A stretch of DNA of 64,000 bases from Lama guanicoe (lineage: Eukaryota): positions 15,516,941-15,580,940 of the forward strand of contig MU054187.1 of assembly GCA_013239625.1 (NCBI GenBank). The letters are read 5' to 3'. Both the position numbers and the translations under genes were made by a program. The notes under the pieces are model-generated. The model saw only the letters and a list, made by a program, of their open reading frames with translations, was not told the DNA's origin and did not search any database. Each line of letters starts with the position of its first letter. Position 1 is the first letter of the stretch. Positions 52,641 through 63,988 of this stretch are shown piece by piece.

Positions 52641-52904
52641 AAAATATATTGAAAATATAAAATAATTTTGTATACCTTTATTTTGTTACATATGCAAATA
52701 TTATCATCCCAACAGAAAATCTTGGCATGGATAGTAATAAATGATTCAATCAGTTATTGATAATCTGCCAAGCATTGGTTATATACAGTGTAGCTTGGCA
52801 TTACATTATGATTTTATTATAAAAGTATGTTTTTAAGGTTACTCCTATTAATAAATTATAATAGCTTTCATATTTGGAGCCCTTGTGATATATTCATCAT
52901 TTTG

Positions 52905-53080
52905 GAATTATTTACACTTATTATCTCATTAAATCCTCATAACATCTTTAGACATAAGTATTATAATATCTCTACTTCCACACATGGAGCAAATTACACT
53001 TAAATGCCAAGCATTAAGTCATGGAAGTGGAATTCAAACCTAGTCTGTCTGACTTGAAAGGAATGTTTTTAATATATACT
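52905..53080 (-). mobile_element. MIR SINE fragment
   Basis: 'attatctcattaaatcctcataacatctttagacataagtattataatatc...ggaagtggaattcaaacctagtctgtctgact'. Confidence 0.6.
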
Positions 53081-56000
53081 ATTCTCTTAATACTAATGAA
53101 GAATACTTTGTGCTGCATAACAATAAGAAGAATTATTACAGCTCTTTGTTATCGTCAGATTTCAAATGCAGTGCCCTTAGCTCTCTGGCTTAAATGCAAA
53201 CCATTTATTGCAAAAGTGGAAAGATATTGTAAAACCTAGGGCAATCATTATTTCCAACATCATCTTTTAGGGATATCCGTCTTACCCCCAAATGATTATG
53301 CTTTCATGCAACAGATAAATATGGAGTCACACACTGTGTGACTACAGGTCCTAGGTGACCCAAAACAGTTTGATTTGTACTATTTCCATGACATAATTCC
53401 TCGAAAGCTTCCTGGTTCGGACAATGAATTATATGAACACCCTGCTTTAATGTTTCTCACTAAACCTGGAGTGGCTGGAACCTACCACAGCTCCCACCAG
53501 TGACAGACTTTACCTGCACTCCCATAGAGAGCACAGTCTCAAAATCAGTAGAGTATGTGTCCTCTGAATATGATGATACATTTATAGAATGCTTCCTGTA
53601 TTCTTCAACACTTCTGATAGGTACTTAGGCTAATTTTAACTGAAAAAATGGTGGAACCATAAAATATAAAGAATAGTAATTCAACCTATATTATTATATA
53701 GATCTGATTTAAATATGTCTTCATCATACCAAATGTCATTACAGTTCATTTTTACTATGTAGTTAATATGGGGTGGCCTATGGTAATCTACCCCTAATGA
53801 TACATTTTCTAAAACAAAGTGTTGTCTTTTTAAAATTTTCACCCTCAGAAAATTACTCTTTGACTTCATTTTTACACTGAATTTTGAACTTTCCCTTGAT
53901 ACTGTTCTCTGTATAGTGAATATTGTAATTTCTCTGCCTAAGGCAATACAATTCTAATCTTGTAACCCTTGAAGTTTTATCATGTCACATTAAAGATACT
54001 GTTATCTTTTCTTATCCTTTTCATATATTTTAAAATACGATATTGATGTAAGGTTTTTAAAAATGTAACAGAGTAACAGCAATGAAACATATAAAGAGTT
54101 TGAATTTGGCTTATTTTTTGAAGACTTCACAGTCAAAAAGAGCTTAATTATTCAAGTTTTAAAAGACTAAATTAGAATGATGGTTTATGGCAACAGGAGG
54201 AATTAGATCAAGTCCCTTTAACAACACTGTTTTATTCCAAGCACGAAACAACAGCAAGTAAGTTAAGAGCAATTACTTAGATAAAGTAACTCAAAACTAC
54301 TGAAATACAGATAAATTTATAAGAAAGAGTTAAATGGTATTTACTAATGTAATAAGTCACACTTGTATGGATTTTTGAAAACAAGTGTCTTCTTTTTGAG
54401 TTTAATACACAGAACTTCCCAGTAGAGGGCTCCACAAGACTGAAGGATGTTACATTCCACAGAATTGAGAAGGTTCCTCTTGAGAAGCCATTTTATGATT
54501 ATACCCAACATAGTAAATAATATTTTGAAACTCCACCCACAGCATTTTCCACACACCCCCTACAGTAGATTGAGACTTTAAAAACGAACAAAAAACCAGT
54601 GGTCCCAAACTGATTACAGTGGGTTCCTTAGTTTGATGTTAACACTCTAAAGTATATGTCAATTATTAGCCAGCTACTCGAGATTCTTGTCTGATGACAT
54701 AAAACCATGTCCTGTCTGAGCTGCAGGAGGCATATGGACAAAAAAAGCTGTTTCCTTGGAAACAGTTATGTGAAATCTCTTGGAACATCTCCTCCAGGGG
54801 TTAATTTGTTTCAGATGGGGAAGTGATTACTTATGAGCCATAGAGGCAGAGAGAAAGAGAGAGAGCGAGAGAGGAAAGAGAGAGGAGCTCATAGGTTTTT
54901 TTTGCTATTATCACTTAATTTTTTCAAAAACTTAGAGTAGATGGCAGCGGCAAAAGTAAATATGAATGACATTGTCACTATGCAAGATTATAACTCTGCC
55001 ATAGTTTTACTCGTACGTAGAAGAAACAAAGCGGGGCTGCAAAGGGAAAATTTCCTAATTGAACCAAAGCAGTCCAGAGTGTGCTGTGGGCCCTTCCCCA
55101 TTTCCCAATTTGCTGGAAATTTTCCAATGCTGTGCTTCACTTAAGGCTGATCATTATGAAGTTCATATGTTTACCACTTAGGTAGAATTACCCATAAAAG
55201 GTAATGATCTGTCATTTAATAAAAATGGACCTTCTGACTCATTGATTTAACATTTTTTCCCCAGTTGTAGTGAGGCACTAATCTTGCTAAATCTACTCTT
55301 TTGTGTGAGTCCTTGTCTTCTTAGTTTCTTCCAATGAGGATCCATTAAGAAGTGTATTGTGTTCAGCCCTACAGAAGCTTCCTCAATTTTGAACACATGG
55401 TAGTAGGTTTTAGTAGAGCTCTGTTAGTTGGTTGGTTAACTTGACATTGCTGACCGTGGTTGAGTTGTGGTTTGGAAGTGAATAAAGAAGAAGTGAATAA
55501 AGCAAATCACTCAGTCCATCTGTGGAAAAAACTTAAGACCTATTCTCTGGTATCACTTTTCTAAAGAACCAGGTTAACCAGACAACAGAGATCAAAACAC
55601 AAATTAAGAGGATTCAGCAAAACCAAAGCATAGTAAACAGTTTTAGTACCTATGTTTCTTAAGAGCAGTGATTTTGACAATTACATTTAACAGTGCTTCT
55701 AAGCTCATATTGTAATATAAGAAAGTGTAAATTAACCTAGAATAATTCAAATTAAAATCAAAGCCAGATATCTCCACTATAAGCTCATGAGAAAAGCAAA
55801 GCTCTATTTGGAGAGATAGCATTGATAATATTATCTCATCTTTTCCCGTAGATTTTTAGAAATGTGAATTTACATTTTCTATAACTCTGTCGATTCACAA
55901 AGGAAAATGACTAGTTTAATAAAGCTCTTTCCTTGCTATTCAACTATATGGTCATCTGAGAGTCTTAAAGAATTCCATAAAAATGAAAGAAATATTAATT

Positions 56001-56426
56001 ATTAGGGGTATTGAGTAACATCACTCAGATATTCTCAATCTTATGTCTTCAAGTTCTTATTAGGTATTCTAAACCAATAAACACAAACTATTATAGATAA
56101 ATTATTGTTAGTTACACTAAATATCAATTAGTTCTACTTATTCAAACAATTATAATAATATTATTATTAAGGAGGTGTTATATTTTGTTTATGAGAGTAG
56201 TGGAGTTTTTAAACATCACCAAATTTCATAGAAAAGCTACTTGGTTATCACAAATATATAGATGCACTGACCTTCATAAAAGAAAGACATATATTCCAAA
56301 AAGCACAATTCTATTTGGCCTCTTTTCCCAAGTATATAATCTAGAATAGCATAAGCATGTGTTTATGTATCATCCAAGCAACAATAATGTTAAGGTACAT
56401 TTAAGTAAATAGAGTATCTATGCTGT

Positions 56427-56807
56427 TGCATTAGATGAGCTTGGGCTTCTAAAAAATAAAACAAACAAACCACAGATTGGGTAGCTTAAACAACCAATCT
56501 TTATTTCTGACAATCCTGGGGCTGGGAGGTCCAACATCAAGGTTTAGGCAGATTCCGTACCTGGTGAGGGCCCTGTTCCTGGCTGGGTCATCATGTGGCA
56601 GAGAGAAAGAGAGAACCCCTCCTTCCTGGTCTCTTCCTCTTTTTTTCAAGGGCACTAATCCCATTCGGGGGCTCCACTCTTGTCACCTCATCTAAACCTA
56701 GTTATCCCCCAAAACGTTCCGCCTTCAAATACCATCACACCGAGGATTAGGATTTCCGCATCTGAACTCGAGGTAGCATGGGGGACACAGGCATTCAGTC
56801 TTCAGCG
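56427..56807 (-). mobile_element. MLT1A0-like MaLR solo LTR
   Basis: 'accacagattgggtagcttaaacaac...ctgggaggtccaacatcaagg...ctggtgagggccc...aagggcactaatcccattc...ttcaaataccatcac...ggggacacaggcattcagtc'. Confidence 0.82.
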
Positions 56808-57079
56808 GTTTCTTAGTGTCTCATCCCTTCCTTTCAAGACAGATAAAAATCAAAGTCATAATCCTGGGTAGGTACTTTCTGAAAAAACACTCTATACCAT
56901 AACGCTAACAAGATATTCCCTTTATTTCAGAGTTATCTTTTAAATGAGAGGTGAAATTTTATGTAAAGTTTCATTAGAAAAAAGTGCCACTGTGCTGCAT
57001 AATACAAATATGGAATCCATCATAAAAAGAAAGTCTTCCAAAATACAAGACCAGAAGATATTTTTCTTCCTTCTTATAG

Positions 57080-57106
57080 GTTTCTGTGGTGTCTCTGAAA
57101 ATTAAG
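57080..57106 (+). other. Candidate 27-nt exon (unverified)
   Basis: Polypyrimidine acceptor 'tttttcttccttcttatag|' and donor 'AAG|gtatgt'; no host gene identified. Confidence 0.25.
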
Positions 57107-58788
57107 GTATGTTTGTGGGTTTTGTATATAGATATGTGTGTGTATGAGAAAAAGAGAGAATTAACAGTGATATGCATAGACTTTTTAAGACAACAGAAGG
57201 AGTAATCCAATCATAAAGGACAGTCAGATGTGCTTTGAACATAATGATACCCCACATAACTGTTCATTTATTCAACAATATTTACTACTTACTTGTGCTA
57301 CATATTTTAAATATTTGGATATATCACTAAACAGATAAACATCCCAGATTTTGTTTTGCTTATATACCAATGGGAAGATCATATCTAGTATTACACTTGG
57401 AATGCTACCATCACACCTCAATTGTCCACATGTGCTAAGAATGTCAGTAACAAGCCTAGAAGTTCCTAAATTTGCAGTGCTAAAGGCCACCCCAGTTTGG
57501 CCTGCTCAGGTCAGCCCTCCATCTCTGACTACCCCCCCCACCTCACTACAACCACCCCTGTCATACAGCTCTTGACTCAGTAGGTCACATGTGTAGAAAT
57601 GTACTGCTGAACATTCCTGTGTCCTGTGGACCGCCTGGTGTGGAGTGGGAGACAAGACAGTTGAACCAAGACTGAGGCCGAATCCCATAAGTGGGAGGTG
57701 GCATCATCATGGTACCAAGGGAAACATGAATTACAGGCCAAAACCAGCAATGAGTAAAGTAAGCAGTGGAGTAGGAAATGCTGACCACTCAGGGGAGCGG
57801 CTATCAAGTGGATAATGCCAAAGTGGATTTAAAGCAAACCTCTGTCTTTTTCCCCCACAAATACACTGCCTTAAAATGGCTCTTATATGGTAGTAAGGCC
57901 TGGTGTTTTATTTGCTACAGCTAGTCCCATGCCCTTCTCCACAAGTGAAAGTACAATTAAGCATTCCCTTTTAGGGAAGTATCATAATTCTTTTAGACTT
58001 GAAGTGACCTCTTAAAATGTAGGTAAGAATGATAATTATCTTACTGCTACGCCCTCAACATCTAGAATGATGCTTTGCATACAAAAGTTGGGAGATACAG
58101 ATTTGTTAAGTGAGTGAATAAATCCACAGCTGACGTTTTATCTATTTACCACAAAGAAGGACCCTTAAAAATCTACGTAATTGTCTTGCAAAGGTACTTC
58201 CTTTTTAAAAATGCCATGTAGCAAGTAACTTAGTTCAATTACTTAGGTTCATTTATAATTGGTTTGTTTTGGAAAGCGAGATAAAACCAAAGTATAATCC
58301 ACATGTAAATTCTATATCAAAGTGTAGGTGTTACGTGGCAGCTTTTGTGAACTTTCTGTTTGAGTGGCTGAGAAGTAAGTTTGATAACACTATGTTTAGC
58401 CTAAAACACTGGCCTTTGATTTCTGTTTGTACAAGGGCACATTTCCACCTATATGCATACCGACCGCTTTCTTCTGCTGATGTCCTGTTTTCTCTGGGCC
58501 TCTACACATTGTCACTTAGGTCCCAAATGGGGGCCTTTTCCAGTTTTGGCTAGACTCTTTATTACTTTGATCATTTCACACATCTTTAAATATAAGTCAC
58601 ATGCAAATTGTATCCTAAAATGTTCACCAGTAGCTTTTACTTTTCACCACAATGTTTTATTGCTATCTTACCTTGAAAGGTCAAAAAACAAGACTTGTAT
58701 TTTCCATCCCTAATCATGCTTCTCCTCTTGAATTCAATATTTCTCATACTGCTTTACTATTTCCCCTGTATTCCAAGACTGAATTCTT

Positions 58789-58970
58789 TCTATCTTTCCT
58801 TCTTTCCTTCTTTCCTTCTTCCTTCCTCCCTCCCTCCCTTTGTTCCTCCCTCCCTTTGTTCCTCCCTCCCTTTCTTCCTTCCTTCCTTTCCTTCTTTCTT
58901 TCTTCGTTCCTCCTCCCTCCCTTCCTTCCTCCTTCCTCCTTCCTTCCTCCTTCCTCCTTCCTTCCTTTCT

Positions 58971-59034
<64 letters not shown>

Positions 59035-59081
59035 TTTTTCTTTCTTCTTTTTTTTTATTCATTGTATTTTTTATTATCTTT
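58789..59081. repeat. Compound (TTCC/CCTC)n-(TTTC)n pyrimidine microsatellite, derived tail of the downstream L1
   Basis: Near-pure C/T tract with a long perfect TTTC run around 58975-59035, lying inside the L1 TSDs. Confidence 0.9.
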
Positions 59082-59247
59082 NNNNNNNNNNNNNNNNNNN
59101 NNNNNNNNNNNNNNNNNNNNNNNNNNNNNNNNNNNNNNNNNNNNNNNNNNNNNNNNNNNNNNNNNNNNNNNNNNNNNNNNNNNNNNNNNNNNNNNNNNNN
59201 NNNNNNNNNNNNNNNNNNNNNNNNNNNNNNNNNNNNNNNNNNNNNNN
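59082..59247. other. Assembly gap (166 N)
   Basis: Run of N. Confidence 1.
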
Positions 59248-60193
59248 TCTTTCTCTTCTTTCTTTCTTTCTTTCTTTTCAACTTTTTTTATTGATCTAAA
59301 ATCATTTTACGATGTTGTGTCAAATTCCAGTGTAGAGCACAATTTTTCAGTTATACATGAACCTGTGTATATTCATTGTCACATTTTTTTCTCTGTGAGC
59401 TACCATAAGATCTTGTATATATTTCCCTGTGCTATACAGTATAATCTTGTTTATCTGTTGTACAATTATGAAATCCCAGTCTATCTCTTCCCACCCCCCC
59501 ACCCCCTTGGCAACCACAAGTTTATATTCTATGTCTGTGAGTCTATTTCTGTTTTGTATTTATGCTTTTTTTTTTNNNNNNNNNNNNNNNNNNNNNNNNN
59601 GGGATTCCTGGGTCATATGGTAAGTCTATTCCTAGTCTTTTGAGGAATCTCCATACTGTTTTCCACAGTGGCTGCACCAAACTGCATTCCCACCAGCAGT
59701 GTAGGAGGGTTCCCTTTTCTCCACAGCCTCTCCAGCATTTGTCATTTGTGGACTTTTGAATGATTGCCATTTTGACTGGTGTGAGGTGATACCTCATTGT
59801 AATTTTAATTTGCATTTCTCTGATAATTAGTGATATTGAGCATTTTTTCATGTGCTTTTTGATCATTTGTATGTCTTCCTTGGAGAATTGCTTGTTTAGG
59901 TCTTCTGCCCATTTTTGGATTGGGTTGTTTGTTTTTTTCTTATTGAGTCATATGAGCTGCTTATATATTCTGGAGATCAAGCCTTTGTCGGTTTCATCTG
60001 CAAATCTTTTTTCCCATTCTGTAGGCTGTCTTTTTGTTTTACTTTTGGTTTCCTTTGCTGTGCAGAAGCTTGCAAGTTTCATTAGGTCCCATTTGTTTAT
60101 TCTTGCTTTTATTTCTTCTAGGAGAAAATTTTTGAGATGTATGTCAGATAATGTTTTGCCTATATTTTCCTCTAGGAAGTTTATTGTATCTTG
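59248..60193 (-). mobile_element. Young 5'-truncated L1 (camelid-type): ORF2 C-terminus and 3' UTR, 16-bp TSD
   Basis: ORFs 59948-60217 and 59543-59866 give L1 ORF2 '[15 protein letters not shown]...[17 protein letters not shown]...[19 protein letters not shown]' (Cys-rich CCHC motif), separated by one in-frame TGA; TSD CCAAGACTGAATTCTT at 58773-58788 and 60194-60209. Confidence 0.96.
59576..59600. other. Assembly gap (25 N) inside the L1
   Basis: Run of N; flanks are normally a few hundred bp apart in L1, so the size is probably a placeholder. Confidence 0.95.
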
Positions 60194-60735
60194 CCAAGAC
60201 TGAATTCTTAAAGACATCTTTTCTCTTTCCTCAAGACTCTCAAATAAAGGCAGCTGCTAAAAAAATTTTTTTTAATTCTGTTCATTTTCTTTGCCTTAAT
60301 CTTTCACATCTTTATTCCATCCCACTTACTCATTATTTTTCTCCTGTACTATTATTGCTATGTAATTATCTGATAGTTTATAAGTCTTTTTCTTTCAATT
60401 CATCTTATACATTACAGTCAACAAAACTTACTAAAGAACTTCTTTGCTTACTTCACGTACCTAATTCAACTAAATAAAATATAAATCCTAAACTTGACTT
60501 TCCAGACCATCTATGTTAAGGCTTTAGTTTACCATTTTAAATGCTAATTCTACAAAATCTTCATGCACATTATACTCCAGAAAATTCAAATCACTGCCTT
60601 TCTTCAAACACACTGTGGCATTTCCTAGCTCTATGCATTTCTTCTGCTATTCCTCCTCCTAGGAATGCACTTTAATCTCGCTTCTTCTACTTAAGTCCCT
60701 TTACCTGAAATTTTCTTCTCTTCCATGGCTCTCCT

Positions 60736-61270
60736 TGTAGTGATAGTTAATTATAGTTGTGTGACAAATTACTCCATAGTTTAGCAGATTAAGACAACCA
60801 AGATTTATTATCTCATAGTTTCTTCGCATCAGGAGTCTGGGTATAACAGTGCCTCTGTCTGTGTCACTAAGCTGCAATCAAGGTGTCAGTCAGTTATCTC
60901 AGGGCTTGACTGGGAAGAGAATCCACTTCCAAACTCACTCGTGTGGTTGTTGGCGATATTCAATCCACTGTGGACTACTGACTGAGGTTATCACTGGCTT
61001 TTCATTACAGACAATTCTTTGCTGCTGCATGGGGCAGCTCCCAGTATAGAGGCTTCCTTCACTAGAGCAAGCAAGTGAGAGAGCAAGAGAGACCAAGAGA
61101 GACAGAAGCCAGTGTAATTTTGTAATGTAATCTCAGAAGTGACTTCCAGGAACCTTTGAATATTCTGTCCATTAGCAGAGAGCCTCTCAAAGGGAAAGGG
61201 TAACAGAAGGACGTGAATATGAGGAGTCAGGGATCTCTGAGCGTGATCTTAGATGCTGTCTGCCAACCAC
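60736..61270 (-). mobile_element. MLT1F-like MaLR solo LTR
   Basis: 'tgtgtgacaaattactcc...atttattatctcatagtttc...gctgcaatcaaggtgtcag...gcttgactgggaagagaatccacttccaaactcactcgtgtggttgttggc...aatctcagaagtgac...gtgaatatgaggagtcagggatc...atcttagatgctgtctgcca'. Confidence 0.82.
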
Positions 61271-63847
61271 GCTCCTCAATTGCCATTCCTTTCTTGTATC
61301 TCACAGGAGATACAAACCTTTGTTTGTATCTGAATTCCTATACTAGTTGATTGGCTTTTTGTTTGTTTGTTTGCCACTGATCACTTTTCTCTTTTTATTA
61401 GAATCCTTTCATACATACTAACTATTGACTGTAATAAATTTAATTCTCAATATATTTCTATCTATGACCACATCTTACATGTAGTATTTTTGACTAAATA
61501 TTGCTGAATGGTTTCTATTTCTGTCATAATGTCTCTTAACAGGAGAAACAGTTTCTTGGTACCTTCTTATTCAGACTCTCACCTCTAGTATCATGAACAC
61601 TCTAACCAGAAAAACCAGCATAAACTTGAAAAATACCCACAGGAAGAAAACTTATAAAATGATCCAACTTTTCTTTTCCCTTTCTGGATTCAAGGCGTGC
61701 CATTGTGGTTTTTAACAGTGCAATACTTTTAAACAAACTTCTACAACAAAATATTCTTGAGATCAAGAAACAGTTCTAATGACACTTCATCTGTATTTAC
61801 ACCATTTTCCACAAAAAGCGGTTAGAAATTTCTGATTAATGCCCAACCTTGGGATAAGTATACAACGTTTCTGTCTTCTGCCATTTAGATACAAGCTTTG
61901 TACACTGAAAAACTAACTTAAAACTCACACTAAAGAAGATTAGTTTATAAACTAACACCCATTTTATCTTATTGAAATCTTAATCCAGGCAATAATTTCA
62001 CAAAACATAGTGTAACAATTTCATAAAACATAGTCTAGCAATAAACAGATCTTAGCATCCTTACATCATAAAATGTGGGGAAAGGGAGTTAACCATTTTT
62101 TCCACACATTGCATTAGTCAATTAACACTCTACGTCATTTTTATAAATTCTGCTATAAAAATCTTTGTCTTTTTAAAAAATAGTTTACAAATACGTTGTC
62201 TACATTAGATTATACTCTCTTACCAGAAATATTTGACTTTCTTCAAGAGAATCCAATAGTGGCCAATCACAAATGAATGCCTGTTATAAGCATGTTAAAT
62301 GGCAGTAATTTTTATTTTCTTCTTATAACACTGTCCTTTATTCATTTCTTTTAAAAATAATAAAATAACTTTGAATAGTCATGCATGCTAATTATGAATA
62401 ATTATGAATTATGCTAATTTTGTGACTATATCATATCCTTGTTAAATTTACTACTAGCATCAAAGAGTAGTACCATTGTATTCGATTTTAATAGTTGATT
62501 GACTTTCTCCCATTGTCGATTGGAAGGCCAAAGGAATTGTTGCTGTTGCTATAGAAACATTTAAAAAACAATATTGTCCCATGTGATACACAGAACCATC
62601 ATAAATTAAATGCACCATCTGTTGCTGATTAAATGAAATAACCAGTTTAAAAGCACCACAAAACATATAGAAGCTTCAGAAAACATATTTTTTACTACAA
62701 ATATAAGAGCTATAAAATTTGATCCCAGAAAAAAAAAAAAAAAGAAAGAAGGAAACCACAAAGTCCTTGAATTCCCTCTGAGATTAAGTTAGAATCCAGA
62801 TCTTCCTGAATTCAATTCATTTTGCATCAGATCTTTAGCTGATCTGGTTTCCCAAAAGATATAAGTTTCGCTTTCATAATTCATTCCCAGTTTGGCCTGG
62901 AGTAAGATAGCTTACCTCCACATTCCTGGCAAGCAACATTTCTTTGCTGGAAGAAAATTTCACCTCTTAACTGAATGTTTGGCTAGAGATCAGGAAAAAA
63001 TAAGATCCGATTTCTTTTACACTTGACTTCCTTTTTCATATGACCCTTACACAGAATTGTCTTTATTCTTCGCTCTATCAGCTGTAATATAATAAATTAT
63101 GCCAGTTCCTGTTGATCTAGCACCCTTAGGAATTCTTAAACATATTCCATATTAATGTATCATTTTGTTCATTGAAACCTACTAGCTTGAGAATTCATCT
63201 CAAACAAAGGTTATGAAATGTATTTTCTTTACTTCCTAAGAGGCCCAACGTACCAACTGCCTTTAAACTGGAATTTGATTTTCCAGGCTTCTAACCAGTG
63301 CCAATTGTTCCTTCTTTACAATTTTGCTGAGTCCTCAGTTTTAGCCTCCTCTCTTTTTGCCTCCTGGGCATGCAAATTTTCCTCGTCCAGTTTTTAAATT
63401 GCTTTGTTTGCTTTGTTTACACACGTTCACAAATCTTGCAACTCACCTTCCCTTCTCCCCTCCCCACTTCTTTGAGCAGCCTGGTCAACAAGGGAAGTCA
63501 TGGAGGAAGGAGGTAAGAAATCTCTGGATTCTAAAGCGTGTTTGCATGAAGAGAAGAGTTATAAATGATCCAGTTTAATGTTAGGTCCTTGCTCTGCCAG
63601 TTGATGAAAGAGAGAATTGAACTATCCATGTAAAATGAATAAAAAGTTTACATTATGCCCGTCTTATGATTAAGTAAGAAAAACATACTGAGAAGAATGG
63701 TGTTTAATAAAATTTACCAGTTGTTGAAATGACACAAATACTTTTTGGTTGACAAAGTAGAATACAAGAGCTCATATTACATGGGAGACCTTATGTTATT
63801 GCTTATCTCAGATATTTAACTGTCTATTCTATACTGTATGTATGTAT

Positions 63848-63945
63848 CCCCTATCTATCCATCTATCTGTCTGTCTGTTTATTAGTCTATCTGTCTATCT
63901 GTCCATCCATCAATCCATCCATCCATCCATCCATCCATCCATCTT

Positions 63946-63988
<43 letters not shown>

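Larger units (their letters stand above)
51513..52885 (+). mobile_element. Decayed hAT (Tip100-like) DNA transposon
   Basis: Contains transposase C-terminal remnant (next feature) and a nested MER81; left end 'cagtaccacccttagacacagg' resembles Tip100-type termini. Boundaries uncertain. Confidence 0.55.

Noticed and set aside
57490..57810. GC-richer block with several overlapping short ORFs
   Set aside because: Looks like an old LTR remnant but I could not assign a family; ORFs have no recognisable product.
58652..59643. Longest ORFs in the track (163-267 aa)
   Set aside because: They are translations of the C/T microsatellite and N gaps (FLSF/KKER repeats, X runs).
61995..62043. Short two-copy tandem duplications (also near 15330, 30785, 36258, 55484)
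   Set aside because: Ordinary slippage duplications; no spacers or array structure.
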